The position numbers and the translations under genes were made by a program. From contig JASVEC010000019.1 in NCBI GenBank assembly GCA_030770535.1, positions 744,001 to 808,000 of the forward strand: 64,000 nt of DNA, read 5' to 3'. This DNA is from Batkoa obscura. Its lineage: Eukaryota. This document shows positions 25,604-34,809 of the stretch, piece after piece (the first letter of the stretch is position 1; every line of letters starts with the position of its first letter). The notes beneath the pieces are model-generated. The model made no database searches. It was given only the letters and a program-made list of their open reading frames with translations, and had not been told where the DNA came from.

Positions 25604-28120
25604 ATGGTCGACAATGGTCTTGTACCTTATTTTGCGGACTCAAAATACCTTCTTGATAACCGTCAACAGTTGATCATCACTGAATACGACATGGGTAGTA
25701 GTGATGAAGAGGAAGCTAGTGTTCTGACCCCAGAAATAGAAACTGCTGCTTTAAATCAAGCTGCACTACCTCCTCACGTTGTAAACTCAGTCGTTACCTA
25801 CGGAGCTGTCCCTATGCACGTCCTTGATGGTGACCTCTCCGCTTGGAGACAATACCAAAATAGTGGCTCCAGTACTCAAATCAATTTTCGTGCCCAGTAC
25901 CAAACGGTACCTACCCTTTCCCACGTTCAACAATATCTAGTAGAGTTCCTGCACAACAAACTCATCCAGATGGTTGGTGAACTCGACCGTCTTTCAATTC
26001 ATAACAATGAATTGTCTACCTCTTTAAGCTCACTTTTAGCTACGGTTAACAACCTTTCCATGATCAGTAACCAAAAGAGTGGTGTCATCGCCCCTTCAAA
26101 TGAACTCCATGTTAGTAAGTTAAATGAGCTCAATCAAAGACTCAATAACACCGTTACCTATGAAGCCCACAGAGAGTTAGTAAGAGAAGTAGGAGATCTC
26201 AAAGCTGAATTACGTCAGCTCGATACTGCTCTACATTCTGAACTTGTTAAAATCTCCGATGAGATCAACCTTTCCCTCACTGAGATCAATGACCATACTA
26301 CTGAAAGAATCTCAGATATTGACGGAAAAACAAAAGCCACTTTCGCAGAACTCCACAGATCGCTAATGAATAAATTCAAAGAGTATAATCACCGCTTATC
26401 CTGTATTGAACAATCCCCTCCATCTACTTCAACCAAAGATGCTAGAATCTTGGCTTTAGAACAAGATTTAGCTGTTTGTAATGAACAAATGGCTCAACAA
26501 GTGACTACCATTAGCCAGCTTATCACCTCCAATAATAATTTGAAGGAACAAATTAGACTGGACAAAGAACAAACAGTAGTTGACTGGGAGGAAATCTCGC
26601 GTAACATACAGAGTACCAGAGAAGAGCTCATTCTTCTTCAGACTAAGGTAGCTTCAAATACTAACCAAATCAAGGCATCTTCTTGCAATTGTAGAAAGGA
26701 GCGTATTGCTGTTTCAGCACCTCCCTCCAGACTCTCGAGTTACAGAGACGTTCCAAGATACAATATGTATGATCTGGGTGATAGTGCCACAGAATCTATC
26801 TTTGGTACTGAATATCAAATAAACCATAAGTATCATGGGTCTGTTCACTTGGTACAACCGGATGATCAAACAAAGAAAGAAGAGAACTCTCCCCAAGTTT
26901 CCACATACCTACCCCAATCAAATCCTAGAATGACTGCTGTACCTACTGATGGTATTTACTCAAGAAATCCTGCTACAGGATCTAACGCTGATCCAATACG
27001 ACCTCGTGTACAATCTTATGCTGAAGTCAACCTAGCCAATCCTTTTAACAAAAATAAGTCATCACATATTGCCCCTCAAATCGCTCAACATATACCCTAT
27101 GAGAAATCTTCACCTCACTACGTACAAGCCGATCCGATTACTGTTCAACATGATCATGGTATATCACACAATACCCATGACGCTTATTTTAGTCATCCTG
27201 GACCTTCTGGTAACGATCCAAAATCACATAGCTTCTCAACACACCGCCACAACTACCCAAGAAGCTCCCAACCTGTTAACACAAAGTTTAATTTTAGTCT
27301 TTTATTCAATCCAAGTGAAATTACTGCTACTACCTTCATTAAAGCTCTAGAAGTTCATCTCGATGCTAACAACTGGACCTATGAATGTCGTCCTCAATGC
27401 CTTTTAGGTCAACTACAAACAAATGAACTTTCTTGGTGCATGACTTTACCTGACGACTTACGCAGTAATTGGGATTCCTTCAAAAAGGCGTTTATAGACC
27501 ATTATGATTCCGATGTAAAAATGGAAGCAAAAAAGGCAGCCCTCTTATCTTTACGTTTAGACGACGAAAATAAACTTGAGAGTTTCATTACAAACGTAAG
27601 AAATCGTGCTAATGCCTTAATTTCCTGTGGAAAGTTAAGCGTTACAGACCTCCGCCTGGCCTTCCAGCGAAACCTTCCAAGTCATATCGCATGCCTTTTT
27701 CTAGATCCTCACCATAACATCACCAACGTTACACAGATGATAGAGATTTTAGAATTATACCTTGGAAGTCCAAAAAGTGAAGTTAGACCCAAGAAATTAT
27801 ATGTTAATCACATAGATAAAGGGATGGACAACAACGAATACCTTCATTGTTTTACCATCACTCAACAACACTACTCCAACCATCGTAAATCTCGAGTATT
27901 TACTGGATGCTGGAACTGTGGTGAATATGGACACATTACCGTTAACTGCACTGAACCAAAGCCAGAAAATGGTATTTTTAAATATTATTTCGAAAAGAAT
28001 GTTCGCAACAATGAACGTTTCAATAAAAATAAACAAATAAATCACCTCAATTATAACGATACTGAAGGCGATGATACTGAGAAGTTTGTCGACTCCGATA
28101 ACGAGTCAAAAAACTTCTAA
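25604..28120 (+). CDS. gag: Gag polyprotein: long coiled-coil N-terminus, capsid-like region, CCHC zinc knuckle
   Basis: 838-aa ORF; NWDSFKKAFIDHY retrotransposon-gag motif; CWNCGEYGHITVNC. Confidence 0.92.
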   Translation: MVDNGLVPYFADSKYLLDNRQQLIITEYDMGSSDEEEASVLTPEIETAALNQAALPPHVVNSVVTYGAVPMHVLDGDLSAWRQYQNSGSSTQINFRAQYQTVPTLSHVQQYLVEFLHNKLIQMVGELDRLSIHNNELSTSLSSLLATVNNLSMISNQKSGVIAPSNELHVSKLNELNQRLNNTVTYEAHRELVREVGDLKAELRQLDTALHSELVKISDEINLSLTEINDHTTERISDIDGKTKATFAELHRSLMNKFKEYNHRLSCIEQSPPSTSTKDARILALEQDLAVCNEQMAQQVTTISQLITSNNNLKEQIRLDKEQTVVDWEEISRNIQSTREELILLQTKVASNTNQIKASSCNCRKERIAVSAPPSRLSSYRDVPRYNMYDLGDSATESIFGTEYQINHKYHGSVHLVQPDDQTKKEENSPQVSTYLPQSNPRMTAVPTDGIYSRNPATGSNADPIRPRVQSYAEVNLANPFNKNKSSHIAPQIAQHIPYEKSSPHYVQADPITVQHDHGISHNTHDAYFSHPGPSGNDPKSHSFSTHRHNYPRSSQPVNTKFNFSLLFNPSEITATTFIKALEVHLDANNWTYECRPQCLLGQLQTNELSWCMTLPDDLRSNWDSFKKAFIDHYDSDVKMEAKKAALLSLRLDDENKLESFITNVRNRANALISCGKLSVTDLRLAFQRNLPSHIACLFLDPHHNITNVTQMIEILELYLGSPKSEVRPKKLYVNHIDKGMDNNEYLHCFTITQQHYSNHRKSRVFTGCWNCGEYGHITVNCTEPKPENGIFKYYFEKNVRNNERFNKNKQINHLNYNDTEGDDTEKFVDSDNESKNF

Positions 28121-31100
28121 GTGGGAGGATAAATGAGGATCCCCCTTCCACGAAGTTAAAAATTCCTCCTGATCCAGATGATAGCACTGGATTAGACCTT
28201 AAAGTTAATACGCTTTCAAAATTTGACCCCTCTACCCTCATCCTAGCACTTCCTTCGCGAATTCGTGGTAGACCTAAAAAGAAAAGAGTTCCTGTTGTGG
28301 AAATCCCTAAAGTCATTCCACCTCGAATTTTCAAGCTACCTGATAACTCTATTAATGCTCCTGATTCGATTCCAATGAACGAGATCTCCAAACCTTACAT
28401 CTCACAATTATCCGATTTATCTAAACTATCCCTCACACAAAGCGAACTAGATAACACGCATCAGTGGTTAACCAATGTTACGATCCCAATCCCGCTAGAC
28501 AAGATCTTAACTGGAGAATCAGACTTAGCAATTGCATTTAGAAAAATTATTAGAGAATACCAGAATCCAAATAAACAGATTCTTTTAGTAAACCTCGATG
28601 ACAAAGCTAACTCCATCGATTGTACTTACATCAATGCGTCAATTTATAAAAAGAATGTACGCATCATATTAGATAGTGGAGCTCCTATCAATTTCATATC
28701 GAGTCGTCTGGTAAAACGATTATCCTTTAAACCAGATATAGATTGCTCAGACACCTTTGGTACAGCTGGAACTGGAACTACTACAGCGCTAGGAGCATAC
28801 TCATCAATACCAATCAAATTTGGAAAACTAACCTTAGCCTTTCCAGCAATAGTATTAGAAAGTGAAGGTTATGACTTCCTCCTAGGCACCGAATTCTTTG
28901 TGAAACACGGTTGTCAATTGTTGTACGATCAAAATATCTTAAAAATATTAGATCAATCCATCCCAATGTACTACAATAAACCAAGAGACCTATCTATCAA
29001 TATGATAAACAATAAATCTCCTGGCTGCCGTATAATGAACTATCGGACCAACAATAAATTAATTGATGTCACTCTCTGCGGATCAGAATCCGTAATTCAT
29101 CAATATCCAGAGATAGCATATAAACAGTCTGGAATTCCCGTTATTTCTCCTAAGAACTTATTAATACCGCCTAAGTCACAGATAGTATTAGATACTGAGA
29201 TCTCACTATGGATACCTAAGGAATTCCATTTATCTATATATAGTATAGAAGGTGTCTCACAATTAGAACCACTAACTATGCCCGGAATTTTAGGCAACAA
29301 CATGAATGAGACTATCAAGTTATTACTTGCAAACATTACCAAAAAAGAAATCAATATCTCTAGAGGCCAACAGATTGGCACGATATACGTAGAAAACAAC
29401 GCCTTGATTAATACTTTCAGTAAATTTGCAACACTAGAAGAATTTCAAATTCACGAAGAGGCCCCAAATAACCAAGCCCTTTTTGTGGAAAAAGACACTA
29501 TTAACCATCTAAACCAAGATGAACAACTCCAATTTTATAAATTGCTGGAGGAATATAAAGACATATTCGCAACTTCAGAAGAAGATATTGGTTGCGCTCG
29601 CAATACTAAACATAAAGTATATACATGTGATTCATTACCCGTCGCAACTAAAGCATATCGTAAATCTCAATCTGAACTCAAAGCAGAACGAGAAGAAGTT
29701 CAAAAACTCTTAAGGCTAGGTTTAATCATTCCTTCAAATAGTCCATGGGCCTCCCCCCTTATGATCGTTAAGAAAAAAGATGGAACTAATAGAGTAGTTA
29801 TGGACTATAGAAAGCTTAACAAAATCACAAAGAAAGATGTATACCCTCTACCCAGAATAGACGATGCGGTTGACCGATTACAAGGTGCTAAATACTTTTC
29901 AGCAATGGATTTAATCTCAGGATACTGGCAGGTAGAAATGGATCCAGAAGACCAAGAAAAGTGCGCTTTAATAACTTCTGAAGGACTATTTCAACCAACT
30001 AGGATGCCACAAGGCCTTTCGAACGCTCCCGCTACATTCCAGCGTCTTATGGATAATACACTAGGTGACCTTAAACTTTCGTGCGTATTAATTTACTTAG
30101 ATGACTTGAATGTGTTTTCAAGAACTTTTATAGATCACTTAACTCATCTTAAAGCAGTATTTGAGCGCCTCCGTCAAGCCAATCTAAAGTTAAAACCAAA
30201 GAAGTGTTCATTCTTCCAAACTAGTTTGGAATTTCTAGGCTATAAAGTCTCTGACAAAGGACTAGCCCCTATTCCAAATAAACTAGATGCAGTGAAGGAG
30301 CTTCTCCCCCCAACTACGATGCGGGAGGTACAAGTATTCCTTGGATTAATGAATTATTATCGAAGGTTTATAAAAGACTTTTCGAATTTAGCTACCCCAC
30401 TGTTCCAATTACTAAAGAAAGAAGTCAAGTTTCAATGGAAGGAAGAACACCAACAAGCTTTTGAAGAGCTTCGCAACAAGCTGCTTAACGCCCCAGTATT
30501 GATGTTTCCAAATTTCTCAAAGCCCTTCTCACTACATACTGACGCTAGTCTAACTGCAGTTGGAGGTGTTTTAAGTCAACTCGATGATAACAATTGTGAA
30601 CACCCAATAGCCTATACCTCTAGGACCTTGTCGAAACACGAAAGGAACTACACTACAACAGAGAAAGAATGCCTTGCAATTATTCATGCTATAAAGGCAT
30701 TTAGACCGTATATCTACGGCACTCACTTTACTGTTATTACTGATCATGTTTCCCTAAAATGGTTGTATTCAATCACTAATCCTGAAGGACGTTTAGCTAG
30801 GTGGGCTCTAAAACTACAATCGTATAGTTTTGATATAGTATATAAACCAGGTAAAGATCATCAAAATGCAGATGGGCTTAGCAGGTTACCCAGAATTTGT
30901 CTAGCTACCCCCATAGATGATGATTTGTACAATCTATTGGGTAATAAAGATAAATGGCCGCAGCAGCAGCCTGAACTCAAACAATGGCTTGAGAAAAACG
31001 CTCAAAATATCATTGTAAGAGATAATGCCTTGTATAAAAAGATTAAGGGAACATATATTCCATATATTAGGCCTTCTTCACGACTATCTGCATGCCAACA

Positions 31101-32130
31101 ATTCCATGATGTAATCTGTGGACATTCAGCCTTCCAAAAAACATACGATACTATGAAAGTCTCCTGCTATTGGGAATCAATGATACCAGATTTGGAAGAC
31201 TTTATAAATAATTGCGATGTTTGCAAGAGGGAACAAAGTAAAATAAAAGCTACAGCCTATAAGTTTATTTTACCTAAACATGCATTTCACACGGTAAGTA
31301 TAGATGTAATAGGTCCTCTCTGTGAGGCCTCCTCGGTAAGAGGGAACAAATTTATTGTTGTAGCTATCGACCATCTAACTAAGTGGGTTGAAGCAAAAGC
31401 AATACCAAATCAGACTTCCTTTCACATATCTAAATTTATATACGAGGATATTATTTGTAGGCATGGAAGCCCTCAGGTGATACTTACTGATAACGCTGCC
31501 AATTTTGTTAACCTGGTTCTCCCGAAATTAGCTAGACTAATGGCCATAAAGCATTCTACTGCAGCTCCATATCATCCTGAAACTAACGGAATGGTTGAGA
31601 GAGTAAACGGTACACTAGTACGTATATTAAGGAAGCTGGCTTTCGATAAAACTAGCTCTTGGGATGAATATCTACATTCTGCTATTTTAGCATATAGATA
31701 TTCAGTACATAGTATTACCAAAAAATCCCCTTTTGTTATGCTTTATGGGAGACATCCGGGACTCCCCATATCATTCGCTCCTTTGATAGTTAGACAAGAA
31801 GAGATGAGTCCTGACATGTACTTGCTTAAGCTAACAAAAAAACTAATAGCTATCCAAGTTGACGCCTTTAATGCATTGACAGACTCGAAAACAAGGAGGT
31901 ATCGACAAGACATTTCTCGACTTCCTCGTCTAGCTGTCTTCAAAGTAGGTGATATCGTTCATCTGTACCCTTCCTATAATCAATCTAGAAAAAATAAACT
32001 AGCATTGAAATGGGATGGACCATATGAAGTCATACATAAACACTTGTATGATAGCTATTCAATTAAACATAAACGAACAAGCGTTATATATAACCGAGTC
32101 CATGCCAAGTTTCTCAAATCAGCAATGTGA
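28102..32130 (+). CDS. pol: Pol polyprotein (protease, dUTPase-like, RT, RNase H, integrase with GPY), in the -1 frame relative to gag
   Basis: Frame open from 28102; ILDSGA, LIYLDDL, HTDAS, FHDVICGH..CDVC, SIDVIGP, LTDNA, GMVERVN, KWDGPY. Confidence 0.97.
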   Translation, partial: RVKKLLSGRINEDPPSTKLKIPPDPDDSTGLDLKVNTLSKFDPSTLILALPSRIRGRPKKKRVPVVEIPKVIPPRIFKLPDNSINAPDSIPMNEISKPYISQLSDLSKLSLTQSELDNTHQWLTNVTIPIPLDKILTGESDLAIAFRKIIREYQNPNKQILLVNLDDKANSIDCTYINASIYKKNVRIILDSGAPINFISSRLVKRLSFKPDIDCSDTFGTAGTGTTTALGAYSSIPIKFGKLTLAFPAIVLESEGYDFLLGTEFFVKHGCQLLYDQNILKILDQSIPMYYNKPRDLSINMINNKSPGCRIMNYRTNNKLIDVTLCGSESVIHQYPEIAYKQSGIPVISPKNLLIPPKSQIVLDTEISLWIPKEFHLSIYSIEGVSQLEPLTMPGILGNNMNETIKLLLANITKKEINISRGQQIGTIYVENNALINTFSKFATLEEFQIHEEAPNNQALFVEKDTINHLNQDEQLQFYKLLEEYKDIFATSEEDIGCARNTKHKVYTCDSLPVATKAYRKSQSELKAEREEVQKLLRLGLIIPSNSPWASPLMIVKKKDGTNRVVMDYRKLNKITKKDVYPLPRIDDAVDRLQGAKYFSAMDLISGYWQVEMDPEDQEKCALITSEGLFQPTRMPQGLSNAPATFQRLMDNTLGDLKLSCVLIYLDDLNVFSRTFIDHLTHLKAVFERLRQANLKLKPKKCSFFQTSLEFLGYKVSDKGLAPIPNKLDAVKELLPPTTMREVQVFLGLMNYYRRFIKDFSNLATPLFQLLKKEVKFQWKEEHQQAFEELRNKLLNAPVLMFPNFSKPFSLHTDASLTAVGGVLSQLDDNNCEHPIAYTSRTLSKHERNYTTTEKECLAIIHAIKAFRPYIYGTHFTVITDHVSLKWLYSITNPEGRLARWALKLQSYSFDIVYKPGKDHQNADGLSRLPRICLATPIDDDLYNLLGNKDKWPQQQPELKQWLEKNAQNIIVRDNALYKKIKGTYIPYIRPSSRLSACQQFHDVICGHSAFQKTYDTMKVSCYWESMIPDLEDFINNCDVCKREQSKIKATAYKFILPKHAFHTVSIDVIGPLCEASSVRGNKFIVVAIDHLTKWVEAKAIPNQTSFHISKFIYEDIICRHGSPQVILTDNAANFVNLVLPKLARLMAIKHSTAAPYHPETNGMVERVNGTLVRILRKLAFDKTSSWDEYLHSAILAYRYSVHSITKKSPFVMLYGRHPGLPISFAPLIVRQEEMSPDMYLLKLTKKLIAIQVDAFNALTDSKTRRYRQDISRLPRLAVFKVGDIVHLYPSYNQSRKNKLALKWDGPYEVIHKHLYDSYSIKHKRTSVIYNRVHAKFLKSAM
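28108..28151 (+). promoter_or_regulatory. -1 programmed ribosomal frameshift signal
   Basis: A_AAA_AAC in gag phase inside the 19-nt gag/pol overlap, 6-nt spacer, then stem GTGGGAGG/CCTTCCAC. Confidence 0.85.
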
Positions 32131-32216
32131 TTCAATGAATACAATTTGTAACTAGTCAAATTCCATCTCATAGGTTCTCGGTAAGTAAGCCATAAAAATT
32201 CACTATATCAAATCAT

Positions 32217-32227
32217 AGGGAGGGAAA
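32217..32227 (+). promoter_or_regulatory. Polypurine tract
   Basis: AGGGAGGGAAA immediately before the 3' LTR. Confidence 0.85.
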
Positions 32228-32627
32228 TGTGAAATATCGCTTTGTCAGTCCCATGGTTAATTATTTTGATTTGTTATGAGAATTTCTAGTTCCACCCAAA
32301 AGAATATTATCTTCTCATTTTGATACTTATACTTTTCAGAGTATAAAAGAGTTTACAGAATATAATAGTTCGAGGCTTTTTAACTGAATTAATCCCTGAT
32401 ATCTCGAACATTTAATAAAGCCACTAAGTTTTCTTAATAGTATTTTACATAGATTTTACATTAGTATTGTCTATTCTATTTGTCTTATATAGCTTGTAAC
32501 CTATTACGTGCTATTCCTCATAACCCAAGTCTATCTTAGTCACATAAACTAAGACCTTTTGACTTATAGTGTAGTCAACCCAGCAATAGCTGTTCTTGAC
32601 TCCAAACCCTGAGTACCAGATTTCACA
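32228..32627 (+). repeat. 3' LTR
   Basis: Direct repeat of 25075-25474. Confidence 0.97.
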
Positions 32628-33019
32628 GCTAGGGTAAAGTATGCATCAATTTGTTAAAGTTGAGTTTAAGAGGCCAGGGTTATAGAGGTTACAGAGGTTA
32701 TGGTTTGGGTCAGAACTAGAGCTAAAGTAAAGGGTCTGGGAAATCTTAAAAATATAACAAAAAGATTATCTGATGAGTCTGTAATCCACGTCCACTTCAT
32801 AAATATTTTAGCAAAAATTAAATTTTACATTTTTTTTGAGTCTAAACTCTAGGTTGATTCCATTTTTAGATTGCTGTTCTGATAATTAATGGGTTAAAAT
32901 AATCTTAGGGAAGATCACAATGATAAATCGCTACTGTTTATGTTAATACTTACGATATCCTGTAGCTTTTAAAGAGATTTTATTTATAGTGGTTTTAACT
33001 TTACATTAGACAAGCATAT

Positions 33020-33118
33020 AGGGATGTATTTTTGTTTTTAAGAATTTCACTAACAAATTTTCCGCTCAAATAGCGCTTAAAAGATGGAAAAAATGCTGAA
33101 GCTAAAAAAGACATCCCC
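33020..33118 (+). mobile_element. MITE copy, TSD ATAT
   Basis: 99-bp family match. Confidence 0.93.
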
Positions 33119-33145
33119 ATATAAACACTCAGGATTCATAAAATA

Positions 33146-33358
33146 AGCCTTGAATTAATCATTGCTATTACTCTATCCATTTCAGCACTTAAAGCTCATT
33201 CAACTAATCAAGAGAATATAATTTCTCCAATAGAAGCCGATATTGTTAGTCATACTGAAAAAACACCGATTTATAATGAACCGTAGTACACTATTCTGTA
33301 AAGAAACTATTCATGTTTTTTACTTTTTGATGAAATGGTTGTTTTGTGTTTATTATTT
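33146..33358 (+). pseudogene. Decayed paralog of the small secreted peptide at 21387
   Basis: LELIIAITLSISALKAHST versus LELIVATTLSISALNAHST; no ATG at the equivalent position and frame disruption downstream. Confidence 0.55.
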
Positions 33359-33996
33359 AACAAAACGTTCGTTATTCATCTTACTATGCACCTTTTTTTT
33401 ATAAAAAATGTGTGTCTAATGCTTTGTTTATGAGGATAAAAAACCAAGTACTTAACTGGTTTAGAGGATAACTAAACTTAGAAGATATTTTCTGGGAGTG
33501 TAAAAATAAACACCATTGATTCCTTACATTTTGAAGGGAGACAAACCAAGAATGGGCCCATTATGTATCTGCTCTGCAGAATAAAGCCCATTAATTTATA
33601 AGGGCAAAAAAGTTGAAGATAAGAGAGAGAAGAGTCCACGGATTAAACTTAAGAATTATAAAGCTCTTTCAAGAGACCCACAAACCAGTTGAAAAGATAA
33701 CGGCTTTGGAAATTTGGATTAGCTGTCCTATTTTTTGATATATCATAGAAGCGAGGACGGTCTAAATAGATTGGAGGTTAGGGATGGGCCATTCCTAATG
33801 TAAGACAATGGATTGAGAGTCAAAAGGTGCAGAGGCGGAGCGGTGGAGTAAGGATAAATCAGTTGAATAGGATTGTTAATATATGATATAGATTTGTGTA
33901 ATTTCTTGTGAGTATTGAGCAGAGTGAAATCCAATCGGGGATATCTTTATATATGTAGGCTAGTTCAAGGTTGAATCTCTTTAGGAAAAAATAGAT

Positions 33997-34046
33997 AGGG
34001 AGGTGTTTTTTTGGCTTCGTTCTTTTTCCATCTTTTAAGCACTATT
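33997..34046 (-). mobile_element. Half MITE fused to the left end of the Sola-like transposon
   Basis: agggaggtgtttttttggcttcgttctttttccatcttttaagcactatt matches one half of the MITE. Confidence 0.8.
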
Positions 34047-34279
34047 GGGGTGGTTCGAATTGGTTTCAGAATTTACTTACAAGTTAATCCAAATTTTGAA
34101 TTTTTAAATTTGTGTCTAATGTGACGGTCAAATCTAAAAAGCCCAAAATTAAATCTCTTTATTTAAAACTTATTTTGATTGTTTCCTTTTCTTAAATAGC
34201 TAATTTTTTTAACTATATATTTTATGTTGTTTCTATTAAATATTTAATAGATATATAATATATAACTATATAATAACAT

Positions 34280-34761
34280 GGGGATGTGAAATCTGGTACT
34301 CAGGGTTTGGAGTCAAGAACAGCTATTGCTGGGTTGACTACACTATAAGTCGAAAGGTCTTAGTTTATGTGACTAAGATAGACTTGGGTTATGAGGAATA
34401 GCACGTAATAGGTTACAAGCTATATAAGACAAATAGAATAGACAATACTAATGTAAAATCTATGTAAAATACTATTAAGAAAACTTAGCGGCTTTATTAA
34501 ATGTTCGAGATATCAAGGAATAATTCAGTTAAAAAGCCTCGAACTATTATACTCTGAAAAGTATAAATATCAAAATGAGAAGATAATATTCTTTTGGATG
34601 GAGCTAGAAATTCTCATAACAAATCAAAATAATTAACCATGGGACTGACAAAGCGATATTTCACAGGGGTGTGTTTTTTTGTTTAAGAATTTTACTACAA
34701 TCTTTCCACTCAAATAGCGCTTAAAAAATGGAAAAATAATGAAACTAAAAAAAACAGCCCC
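34280..34761 (+). mobile_element. MITE copy split by a solo LTR; TSD ACAT/ATAT
   Basis: GGGGA, then the LTR, then the rest of the MITE ending ACAGCCCC. Confidence 0.9.
34285..34665 (-). mobile_element. Solo LTR (381 bp: short variant with a further 19-bp deletion), reverse orientation
   Basis: Reverse complement of the Gypsy LTR; TSD GGGA/GGGG. Confidence 0.95.
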
Positions 34762-34809
34762 ATATAAATAGAGTTATTTGACTTTATTTTTTGTTGAAAT
34801 AAAAATAAA

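Larger units (their letters stand above)
25075..32627 (+). mobile_element. Full-length intact Ty3/Gypsy LTR retrotransposon (7553 bp)
   Basis: Two 400-bp LTRs (25075-25474, 32228-32627) identical by eye, TG...CA ends, 4-bp TSD GCTA, PBS, PPT, gag and pol in PR-RT-RH-IN order. Confidence 0.98.

Noticed and set aside
31950..32227. Chromodomain or env-like third ORF in the Gypsy element
   Set aside because: Pol ends shortly after the GPY module and only about 100 bp remain before the 3' LTR.
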